Shown in pieces: positions 25,525-34,300 of a stretch of DNA of 35,567 bases (position 1 is its first letter; every line of letters starts with the position of its first letter). Both the position numbers and the translations under genes were made by a program. A model generated the notes under the pieces. The model worked only from the letters and a program-made list of their open reading frames with translations, made no database searches and was not told the DNA's origin. Origin of the DNA: an uncultured Candidatus Saccharibacteria bacterium (GTDB taxonomy: Bacteria; Patescibacteriota; Saccharimonadia; Saccharimonadales; SZUA-47); contig CAYVHE010000002.1 in assembly GCA_964451085.1 (NCBI GenBank), positions 1 to 35,567 on the forward strand, in the 5' to 3' direction.

Positions 25525-26010
25525 ATGGAATATATACAAAAAAATGCTAGGACAATAATACTATTTGTCATAGTGATAGGTCTAATAACAGCAATCTCTT
25601 TTAATGGATCGGACAATTCATCCACGACAACCGAGGAAACAAAAGTCGCAGATACTCAACAAACTGACCAAGACAATACCGGTTCTGATGAGCAAAAAGA
25701 CAACACCAATACAGATACTAAGGCAGTTGTAAAAATAGATGATGAATTTACGACCAGTGCAGTCAGTGGTGATAACCAAACAGTAATGATCCGCAGGGTA
25801 GTAACAAACTATCTTTTAGAATCAAACGATGAAATAAGTCCAGAACAAAGCCTATTTATAGAAACGAAGTTAGTAGATACTTTGCCAAGGAATGATTTAA
25901 TTTTTGTCGGAGATACAGTTAAGGTTTCAGGTAGCCAATTAAAGTCTACAGTAGAAGCTTCACAAAAACTTACACCAGCCCAGACGGCCTTATGGGCTCA
26001 ATATCTTTAA
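25525..26010 (+). CDS. Hypothetical membrane-anchored/secreted protein
   Basis: AAAAGGGG lies before the ATG. There is an N-terminal TM helix (IILFVIVIGLITAISF), a T/D/Q/N-rich low-complexity linker, and a C-terminal domain of about 90 aa. Confidence 0.55.
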   Translation: MEYIQKNARTIILFVIVIGLITAISFNGSDNSSTTTEETKVADTQQTDQDNTGSDEQKDNTNTDTKAVVKIDDEFTTSAVSGDNQTVMIRRVVTNYLLESNDEISPEQSLFIETKLVDTLPRNDLIFVGDTVKVSGSQLKSTVEASQKLTPAQTALWAQYL

Positions 26011-26051
26011 AAAAGATACAATTATGACTGGAACAATAGCTCCTCCAAGTC

Positions 26052-26057
26052 TATAAT
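26052..26057 (+). promoter_or_regulatory. -10 box TATAAT, 9 nt upstream of the gatC ATG
   Basis: GTCTATAATGTCTGTAGTATG, no SD. Confidence 0.45.
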
Positions 26058-26066
26058 GTCTGTAGT

Positions 26067-26360
26067 ATGGCTAAACAAATAACACGAGATGAAGTTGCTG
26101 CTCTAGCGCGTTTAGCGCAGCTCAACTTATCTAACGAACAATTAGATCATTATAAAAAAGACCTTAATTCAATATTAGGTTATATAGATATTCTTAATAC
26201 GGTTGATACTACCGGTAAAAAACCAACTTCACAGGTAACAGGACTGGAGAATGTTATGCGGGATGACGTAGTAGAAAAACAACTAGCATCGCCCGAGGAA
26301 CTTCTAGCTTGTGCTCCAAAACGTAAGGATAATTATATTCAAGTAGAGCGGATGCTATAG
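26067..26360 (+). CDS. gatC: Asp/Glu-tRNA amidotransferase subunit C
   Basis: 97 aa, VAALARLAQLNLSNEQL...ILGYIDILNTVDT, immediately upstream of gatA. Confidence 0.9.
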   Translation: MAKQITRDEVAALARLAQLNLSNEQLDHYKKDLNSILGYIDILNTVDTTGKKPTSQVTGLENVMRDDVVEKQLASPEELLACAPKRKDNYIQVERML

Positions 26361-26363
26361 CTT

Positions 26364-27824
26364 ATGCCAGCAGTAAAAACCAAAGACTTTTTTGTATGGA
26401 AACCGATAAAGCAACTAGTAGCTGACGTAAAAAGCCAAAAACAATCCTGTCTGTCTCAAATAGAACAATCTCTAAAATTAATAGAGGAACTTAATCCAAC
26501 GTATAAGGCTGTTATATCTACTTGCTCGGACAGGGCAATGCAACGAGCTAAAGAAATGGACGCACAAATAGCAAAAGGTAAAGATGTTGGCATTTTGGCA
26601 GGAGTTCCATTCATTGCTAAAGATAATTTTTTAACTTTCGGTGGGGAAACTACTGCAGCGAGCAATATGCTAAAGGGGTTTAGGGCGCCTTATCAATCAA
26701 CAGCAGTAGAAAAACTAGAAGCTCAAGGAGCAATATGTGTAGCCAAGTCTAATTTAGATGCATTTGCTCATGGTAGCTCGACTGAGAATAGTGATTTCTT
26801 TACTACCTTGAATCCTCATGACATCACAAAAGTACCAGGCGGTAGTAGTGGTGGGTCAGCTGCAGCTGTAGCCCTGGGGATGGCGCCTTTTGCCCTAGGA
26901 ACAGATACCGGTGGTTCAATTAGACTCCCAGCAAGTTATTGCGGAGTAGTCGGGTATAAACCCACCTATGGTCTAGTATCACGAAGCGGAGTGGTAGCAA
27001 TGGCTAGTAGCACCGACGTAATAGGCCCCCTAACTAGATCAGTAGAGGATACGGGCTTGGTGTTGGAGGCAATGAGTGGGCACGACGTGTTAGACTCTAC
27101 TTCTATTGAGAGGGAAAAAGCTAGCTATATACCTACCAAAGAGCCGTTAAAAGACAAAAAGATAGGTGTTATAAAAGAGTACTTTGGTTCTGAAATTGAC
27201 CCTAAGGTTAAAGAAATAATTAAAGAAAACATTGAAACATTAAAATCACAGGGAGCAGTTGTAGAAGAAGTAAGCTTACCTACACTTCCACTGGCTCTAG
27301 CTGTTTATTATGTGGTGGTTCCTGCCGAACTTAGCAGTAACTTATCTAGGTACGATGGACAGAGATATGAATATGCCTACCCTAACGCTAAGAGTCTAGA
27401 CGAAAGTTACTTAGAAAGCAGAACAAGAGGTTTAGGCGATGAAGCAAAAAGAAGAATAATGATTGGCACACACGTTCTGAGCTCCGGTTATTATGATGCT
27501 TACTACAAAAAAGCTCAAACTGTAAGAACTGTAATTATTGAGGAATTTGATAAAGCTTTTAATAAGTATGATTTTTTAGTTGGTCCAGTTGCCCCTAATA
27601 CAGCCTTTAAGATTGGTGAAAACGACGATAACCCACTTGCTATGTATTTAATGGATGTAATGACAGTCGGTACTAATTTAGTTGGCGTTCCGGCAATTAG
27701 CATTCCATCAGGCGTGATAGAAGGTATGCCAGTAGGATTTCAGGTTATAGCACCCCAAAGAGCGGATAGCATGCTACTCTCCGTCGCACGAAGTATTGAG
27801 GGGATTTTTTCTCATGAGTCCTGA
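26364..27824 (+). CDS. gatA: Asp/Glu-tRNA amidotransferase subunit A
   Basis: Amidase signature GGSSGGSAAAVA and GTDTGGSIRLPASYCGVVGYKPTYG. Confidence 0.95.
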   Translation: MPAVKTKDFFVWKPIKQLVADVKSQKQSCLSQIEQSLKLIEELNPTYKAVISTCSDRAMQRAKEMDAQIAKGKDVGILAGVPFIAKDNFLTFGGETTAASNMLKGFRAPYQSTAVEKLEAQGAICVAKSNLDAFAHGSSTENSDFFTTLNPHDITKVPGGSSGGSAAAVALGMAPFALGTDTGGSIRLPASYCGVVGYKPTYGLVSRSGVVAMASSTDVIGPLTRSVEDTGLVLEAMSGHDVLDSTSIEREKASYIPTKEPLKDKKIGVIKEYFGSEIDPKVKEIIKENIETLKSQGAVVEEVSLPTLPLALAVYYVVVPAELSSNLSRYDGQRYEYAYPNAKSLDESYLESRTRGLGDEAKRRIMIGTHVLSSGYYDAYYKKAQTVRTVIIEEFDKAFNKYDFLVGPVAPNTAFKIGENDDNPLAMYLMDVMTVGTNLVGVPAISIPSGVIEGMPVGFQVIAPQRADSMLLSVARSIEGIFSHES

Positions 27825-28227
27825 ATCAATCGTTGCAATTATTGGTGGCTTTATTGCTCTATCTAGCATAATCGGAGTCATTGCCAGGAAGGCTCCTAAG
27901 AAAATTAATAAAGTTAAATATGTTATAAAATGGCGTGACCTTCAGAAGCTATGTGCTCATTCAGAGACATGGTCAGATGCTATATTGAAAGCGGATTCTC
28001 TGTTAGACGAAGTGCTCAAAAAACGTCGCAAAACTGGTAGCTCAATGGGTGAAAGACTAGTTGAAGCTCAGCATACCTTTACTAATAACGATGCCGTTTG
28101 GGTTTCCCACAAGTTAGCCAATAATATAAGAAAATATGGCGATGATAAAAAACTTAACGAAAAAAATGTTAAAGATTCACTAATAGCTTATAGACAAGCT
28201 CTAAGAGATTTAGGGGCGCTAAAATGA
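27814..28227 (+). CDS. Hypothetical small membrane-anchored protein inserted between gatA and gatB
   Basis: The ATG at 27814 follows GAGGGG and overlaps the gatA stop by 11 nt. The stop forms an ATGA overlap with the gatB start. One N-terminal TM helix (IVAIIGGFIALSSIIGVIA) is followed by a charged helical domain of about 110 aa. Confidence 0.6.
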   Translation: MSPESIVAIIGGFIALSSIIGVIARKAPKKINKVKYVIKWRDLQKLCAHSETWSDAILKADSLLDEVLKKRRKTGSSMGERLVEAQHTFTNNDAVWVSHKLANNIRKYGDDKKLNEKNVKDSLIAYRQALRDLGALK

Positions 28228-29699
28228 TAGATTTAGATGAGTATATAGTAGAGGGCTATTATCCAACGATTGGCATTGAGTGTCATGTGCAATTAAAAAC
28301 AGCATCAAAATTATTTGGCACGGAGAGCAACGATGCCCGAGAAGCTGAGCCTAATACGTTGATTGGTCATATTAGCTACGGGTTACCGGGTGCTTTACCA
28401 GTACTAAACAAAGAAGCTGTTCTTCTGGCTTCAAAGGCTGCATTTGCCTTAGGTGCTAAACCGCAAAAATTTTCTAAGTTTGATCGCAAACATTATTTCT
28501 ATCCAGATTTACCAAAAGGCTACCAAATAACTCAGTTTGATGAGCCAATAATTATAGGTGGAAAAATAGAAGTTGTGCTAGACAATGGAAGCACAAAAGT
28601 TATAAATATTACACGCGCACATATAGAAGAAGATGCAGGTAAGTCAACTCACCCTAAGGGTAAAGATTATTCGTTAGTAGATCTTAACCGAGCTGGTACC
28701 CCACTATTAGAAATTGTTTCTGAACCGGAAATACATAGCGCAAAAGAAGCTAAAGCCTACGCAAAAGAGTTATGGTTACGTATGAAATATGCTGGAGTAA
28801 GTGACGTAAATCTGTTTTACGGCAACATGCGGTTTGATGTTAATGTTAGCGTTTCAAAAGTCCCTAATAAGCTAGGTTCCAGATCAGAAACGAAAAATCT
28901 TAACAGTTTTAGAAGTGTGGAGAGGTCTGTAAATTACGAAATCAAAAGGCAGATAAAACTTTTAAACCGTGGTAAGGAAATAGCTCAGGAGACTCGAGGT
29001 TGGCAGGACGATTTACAGAAAACAGTGTCTCAAAGAAGTAAGGAAGACGCCAACGACTATAGATACTTTCCCGACCCAGACATACCTCCGATTAGATTAA
29101 CAGATAAATATATAAGCGACTTAGAAAAAGATTTACCAGTGATGCCTAGTGAGTGGCGCAAAAAAATGGAGAAACTTGGTCTTGATCATTTGCAAACAGA
29201 ATCTTTGTTGGAATCTAATGTTGAATTTGATTCCGACTTTTTAAGCTTAATAACATCTGTGGACGGAGAGCAATCTAAAGTGTACGCTAAGTGGGTAATA
29301 AATATAGAAAGCCCTCTACGTAGAGACAACTCGGAGATAGCCATAAGTGACGTTGATAGATTTGATATATATGAACAGGTCTATAAATTGGTTAGTGAAG
29401 ATAAGCTCAACTCTAATAATTCTAAATTATTACTAGAAAAGCTTCTATTGCAAAAAGAGGTACCAAAAGAGGTAGAACTATACGCGAAAGAGTGTGGTCT
29501 AATCCAGGTATCGGACAGTGGAGAGATTAATAATATCGTAGATAAAGTTATTTCTGAAAATCCAAAAGCAGCAGAAGAAGTTAAAAATGGTGAAACGAAA
29601 GTCGTTGGATTTTTAGTTGGTCAAGTTATGAAGAAGAGTATGGGAAAAGCTAATCCTGCATTGGTTCAAAAAATCTTAAAAGATAAGTTAGGCGGGTAG
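28224..29699 (+). CDS. gatB: Asp/Glu-tRNA amidotransferase subunit B
   Basis: IGIECHVQLKT, LPGALPVLNKEAV, DLNRAGTPLLEIVSEP, with a C-terminal GatB/YqeY domain. Confidence 0.95.
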   Translation: MIDLDEYIVEGYYPTIGIECHVQLKTASKLFGTESNDAREAEPNTLIGHISYGLPGALPVLNKEAVLLASKAAFALGAKPQKFSKFDRKHYFYPDLPKGYQITQFDEPIIIGGKIEVVLDNGSTKVINITRAHIEEDAGKSTHPKGKDYSLVDLNRAGTPLLEIVSEPEIHSAKEAKAYAKELWLRMKYAGVSDVNLFYGNMRFDVNVSVSKVPNKLGSRSETKNLNSFRSVERSVNYEIKRQIKLLNRGKEIAQETRGWQDDLQKTVSQRSKEDANDYRYFPDPDIPPIRLTDKYISDLEKDLPVMPSEWRKKMEKLGLDHLQTESLLESNVEFDSDFLSLITSVDGEQSKVYAKWVINIESPLRRDNSEIAISDVDRFDIYEQVYKLVSEDKLNSNNSKLLLEKLLLQKEVPKEVELYAKECGLIQVSDSGEINNIVDKVISENPKAAEEVKNGETKVVGFLVGQVMKKSMGKANPALVQKILKDKLGG

Positions 29700-29702
29700 A
29701 AT

Positions 29703-30581
29703 ATGGCACAAAAAGTAAAAAAAGCTATTATAGCAGCAGCTGGAATGGGCACGCGTTTTTTGCCACAGACAAAAGCTATGCCAAAAGAAATGCTGCCTAT
29801 AATAGATAAACCTGTTATTCAGCTAGTTGTCGAAGGCCTTGTTGAGGCTGGTGTTGAGGACATTATAATCGTTACTGGTCCTACTAAGCGTGCTATTGAA
29901 GACCACTTTGACCGTAGTTTGGAGCTTGAGAATGAATTAATTGAAAAAGGGAAAGTTAAAGAAGCACATAAGATAAAATCTATAGCAGAAATGGCGAACT
30001 TTGTATATATTAGGCAGAAAGGAACCCCTAAGGGTAATGCGCGTCCAATTTTGAACGCGGCTCACATGCTGGCTTATGAGCCGTTTTTCTTCTTTTTTGC
30101 AGACGACTTTTTTATTGGCGAGAATTCCACGGCAAAACAATTATTAGACGTATACAATAAGACCGGTTCTTCAGTGGTGGCTTTAAGGAAGGTTCCTAAA
30201 GAAGACATCAGTAGCTATGGAATTGCTTCAGTAATAGAAAATGTTTCTGATAGAGTATCAAAAATTGATGCGATTGTAGAAAAACCTGAAGTATCGAAGG
30301 CTCCTTCGGATTTAGCGGTGGGTAGCGGGTTTATATTGACTCCTAATATTCTGCCAATATTAAGACAAGAAAAAGTAGGACCAGACGGTGAAATCAGAAT
30401 AAATGACGCCGTTACTGAGTTGTCAAAATCAAAGTCAGTATACGGTTTAGAGGTAGATGGCGAGTATCATGATACTGGCAATCCAGAAGCGTACTTAAAA
30501 ACTCTCTTGAACGTAACTCTAAAACACAAAAAATACGGTCCTAAAGTAAAATCATATATCAAAGAAATCATCAAAGAATAG
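29703..30581 (+). CDS. galU: UTP--glucose-1-phosphate uridylyltransferase
   Basis: KAIIAAAGMGTRFLPQTKAMPKEMLPIIDKPVIQ, and VEKP near the C-terminal third. Confidence 0.9.
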   Translation: MAQKVKKAIIAAAGMGTRFLPQTKAMPKEMLPIIDKPVIQLVVEGLVEAGVEDIIIVTGPTKRAIEDHFDRSLELENELIEKGKVKEAHKIKSIAEMANFVYIRQKGTPKGNARPILNAAHMLAYEPFFFFFADDFFIGENSTAKQLLDVYNKTGSSVVALRKVPKEDISSYGIASVIENVSDRVSKIDAIVEKPEVSKAPSDLAVGSGFILTPNILPILRQEKVGPDGEIRINDAVTELSKSKSVYGLEVDGEYHDTGNPEAYLKTLLNVTLKHKKYGPKVKSYIKEIIKE

Positions 30582-30629
30582 TCTAAAAAGTTTATGGCAC
30601 GAACAGGGCATAAGTTTATGATATACGCG

Positions 30630-30638
30630 TGGTATAAT
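30630..30638 (+). promoter_or_regulatory. Extended -10 promoter TGGTATAAT, 6 nt upstream of the ATG at 30645
   Basis: TGg + TATAAT (30633-30638), no SD. Confidence 0.5.
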
Positions 30639-30644
30639 TAACTT

Positions 30645-30896
30645 ATGGAATCATACAGCGTATTAGTAATCATGTTAAGCGTTACGCTCATTACTTTCTT
30701 AGTGATGGCAATTGTCGTTCTCGCTATGGTTATTCAAATTATTAGAAACTTAAAAGAAACTACAAAATCAGCACAGCATGCAGCGGCCCAGGTAGAATAT
30801 TTTGCTACCAATTTAAAAAAAGCAGGAAAGGCAACTGCTTTTGGGTCAGTAGCAGCACAATTTATAAATGTTTTTAAAAAAGGAAGGAAACAGTAA
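30645..30896 (+). CDS. Small membrane protein, DUF948/YtxG-like
   Basis: 83 aa with one N-terminal TM helix and then a helical segment. It sits immediately upstream of a YtxH-like gene, as in the Bacillus ytxG-ytxH arrangement. Confidence 0.45.
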   Translation: MESYSVLVIMLSVTLITFLVMAIVVLAMVIQIIRNLKETTKSAQHAAAQVEYFATNLKKAGKATAFGSVAAQFINVFKKGRKQ

Positions 30897-30898
30897 TT

Positions 30899-31303
30899 AT
30901 GAAAAAGAAAAGCAATAAAGGACTAGCATTAGGAACAGCTTTTGGTGCAGTCGCTGGTGTAGTTGCTGGTTTACTTTTTGCGCCTAAGAGCGGCAAAGAG
31001 ACTAGAAAAGACATAAAAGACGAAGCATCTAAGGCTCTAAAAGCCATAGAAGCAGAAAAAGATAAGCTGCACAAGGAACTCGGTGAACTAATTGCTGCGG
31101 CCGAAAAAAAGGTTAACGGCACTAAAAGTAAAGTTACCGATAAATCTTCCGAGCTATTAGTGTCTGCAAAGCACGTCCAGAAGTCTTTAGCAGAAGTAGC
31201 CAGTGCTGTAAAAAAGGGTCAATCTAAAGATGAAGACCTAGATAAGGCAGTTAAACAAGCAAAAGACGTTAGAGACTCTCTCAAAAAATATCTCAAAAAG
31301 TAA
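30899..31303 (+). CDS. YtxH-domain protein (general-stress-type)
   Basis: GLALGTAFGAVAGVVAGLLFAPKSGKETRKDIKDEA followed by a Lys/Glu/Ala-rich helical region. Confidence 0.75.
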   Translation: MKKKSNKGLALGTAFGAVAGVVAGLLFAPKSGKETRKDIKDEASKALKAIEAEKDKLHKELGELIAAAEKKVNGTKSKVTDKSSELLVSAKHVQKSLAEVASAVKKGQSKDEDLDKAVKQAKDVRDSLKKYLKK

Positions 31304-31346
31304 TATATTTTTATACATTCATTCGTTGAAGAAGCTCTAGCTACGC

Positions 31347-31352
31347 TATAAT
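31347..31352 (+). promoter_or_regulatory. -10 box TATAAT, 9 nt upstream of the dnaE ATG
   Basis: CGCTATAATTAAGAGATTATG. A possible -35 is TTGAAG 31326-31331, though the 15-nt spacer is short. Confidence 0.45.
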
Positions 31353-31361
31353 TAAGAGATT

Positions 31362-34300
31362 ATGGGTACAAAAAACACAAGAGATATGAAATCTAGTTCT
31401 TTTGTGCATTTGCATAATCATACCCACTATAGTCTTCTTGATGGGCTACAAAAAGTGGAGCCTATGATAGACCAGGTCAAAAAAATGGGCATGGAAGCCG
31501 TAGCCATTACTGATCACGGGACTATGTCTGGTGTTGTTGAGCTATACAAAACCGCCATAAAAAAAGATGTAAAACCAATACTAGGTATGGAAGCATATGT
31601 CTCTGCTCGTAAGCATACTGACAAGGAACCAGGTAAAGACAAAGCGAATTATCACTTAACATTAATTGCCAAAAATAATGTTGGTTACCATAACTTGATG
31701 AAGCTAAGCACAATTGCAAACCTTGAAGGCTTTTATTATAAACCTCGTATGGATCATGCTTTATTAGAAGAATATAGTGAAGGGCTGATTGTTTTGTCAG
31801 GATGCATTGGTGGTGAGCTAGGAGATGCAATAAGAAATAGACAAGTGGAGAAAGCTATAAAGATAGCAAAATGGTATAAAAAAGTCTTTGGCGAGAATTA
31901 TTACATAGAATTGCAAGATCATGGACATCCCAAGCATCCAGCAAAATGGGATGAACAGGTACGGGTAAATAAGAAATTATCTAAAATTGCCTCGGATCTA
32001 GGAATACAGTGTGTTATTACTTGTGACGCACACTATCTTCACCACGAAGACAAAGAAGCACACGAAATATTATTATGTGTACAAACAGGTTCATTTTTAG
32101 ACGAAGAATCAAGGATGAGCTTAAGCAATTTTGATTTACATTTAGCCGACCCCAAGGAAATCATTGCTAGATGGGGAGACTCTAACCCAGAAGCTATTAA
32201 GAATACGAAAAAAATTGCAGATAGTTGTGAGGTGACACTAGATTTAGGAAGAATATTAATACCGCGGTTTCCTTTGCCAGATAATGTGACGGAAAAAGAG
32301 TATCTTATTGAGTCTGTTTATGAGGGGTTATTAGATCGATATGAATTAGAGGGGGAGAAGAATATCAACAAATCAGAACTTTCTGTGAGTGATTTAAAAA
32401 AACTTCTCCCAAAAGACGTAGTTACTAGGGCTGAATACGAATTACAGATAATCGGCCAGATGAACTTCAATGGTTATTTTTTAATAGTTGCCGATTTGAT
32501 TGATTGGGGCAAATCGCAAGGGATAGTTTTTGGTCCTGGGCGTGGAAGCGCAGCTGGTTCGATTATTTCATACGCGCTGAAGATAACCGAACTTGATCCC
32601 CTCGAATACGGTTTATTGTTTGAGAGATTTTTAAACCCCGACAGGATTAGTATGCCTGATGTCGATATCGACATTCAAGATTCAAGACGTGATGAAGTAA
32701 TTCAATATTGTGTTGATAAATACGGCGAAGATAGAGTTTCTAATATCGTTACTTTTGGTAGAATGGCTGCCAGAAATGCTGTTAGAGATGTGGCAAGAGT
32801 GTTAAGGGTCCCCTACGGTGATGCTGACAGACTAGCAAAAATGATTCCTCCACCGATACAAGGGCGTCATATACCGCTTGCAAAGTCTATAAAAGACTCT
32901 AAGGAACTGTCTAATGAGTACAAAAACAACTCTGTAGCAAAAGAAGTGTTTGACCTTGCAACGAAACTTGAAGGAACTATACGAAGTCATGGTGTGCATG
33001 CTGCCGGAGTTGTTATCGCGCCAGACAGTATCGTTAATTATGTGCCTCTCGAGAAGGCTCAAAAAGGTGTCGTTGCTACCCAATACCCCAAGGGCCCAGT
33101 TGATGAATTAGGATTGTTAAAAATAGACTTTTTAGGATTATCAAACTTAACTATTATCAATAATGCTTTAAGAATTATAAAAAAAGTTTATAAAACTGAA
33201 ATTGACATTAATACCCTTAAACTTGATGATTTAAAGACCTATGAAATGTTACAAAAGGGAGACACAACAGGTGTTTTTCAACTTGAATCCTCAGGCATGA
33301 AACGCTATCTAAAAGAGCTAAAGCCTACTGAGTTTAACGACATTGTGGCTATGTGTGCTTTGTATAGACCAGGGCCGTTAACAGCAGGCCTAACCGACAG
33401 TTTTGTAAAACGAAAGAATGGTGCTGAGAAAATTACTTTTGCACATGACAAGTTTAAGGATGCTCTATCGTCCACCTTCGGTGTTCTTGTTTATCAAGAA
33501 CAGGTGATGCTTATATCTACGGATGTATGTGGGTTTACTGGTGGCGAGGCTGATACTTTAAGGAAAGCTATCGGTAAAAAAGACAGAAACGTAATGTTAA
33601 AAATGAAAAAACTTTTCATCGAGGGCGGCGAAAAGCATAGTGGAGTCCCAAAAGCTGTTATGGAAAAATTCTGGGAAGACCTGATGGGCTTTGCTGATTA
33701 TGCGTTTAATAAATCTCACTCAGCATGCTACGGCTTAATTGCGTATCAAACAGGCTATTTGAAGGCTAATTTCCCTGACGCTTACATGGCAGCATTAATG
33801 ACTAGTGATTATGATAATACAGATCGTTTAACTATAGAAATGAGTGAATGCGCACGTATCGGCATATCGGTGTTACCGCCAGACGTAAATGAATCATTTG
33901 TAGAGTTCGCTATTGTTCCTGGTAAAGACAAGATTAGGTTTGGGATGAGTGCCATAAAAAATGTTGGAATTGGCGCAGTTGAAGAAATATTGCGGGCTCG
34001 TAAAAATGGCCAATTTAAATCATTAGAGGATTTTTTTGACCGAGTTAGTGCCCACGTTGTAAGTCGAAAGACAATGGAAAGCTTAATAAAAACAGGAGCT
34101 TTTGATAGATTTGAGAGCAGATCTCTGTTAATGAATAATATAGATTTGCTGATAGCTTATTCACATAAAAAACAAAAAGAGAAGGATAGTGGACAGACCG
34201 ATTTATTCGGCGATTCTTCGTCTACAAACCACACTGTTACAGCAATTACTCTAGGCCCGGAGGATACTCACTATCAGGAGAATGACTACCTGCAATGGGA

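Noticed and set aside
27796-28227. Alternative genetic code (TGA as a sense codon, as in some candidate phyla)
   Set aside because: TGA terminates gatA (27822-27824) and the inserted small ORF (28225-28227) at positions consistent with full-length homologues. None of the conserved genes requires read-through of an in-frame TGA.
30075-30115. T-rich runs in galU encoding EPFFFFFADDFFIG, as a possible frameshift or pseudogene site
   Set aside because: The reading frame is intact through a full-length GalU, with conserved motifs on both sides. The Phe run replaces a hydrophobic beta-strand and needs no frameshift.
30588-30620. Direct repeat AAGTTTATG (30588-30596 and 30612-30620) between galU and the DUF948-like gene
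   Set aside because: A 9-nt repeat in AT-rich spacer DNA is compatible with chance. It has no associated inverted repeats or mobile-element features.
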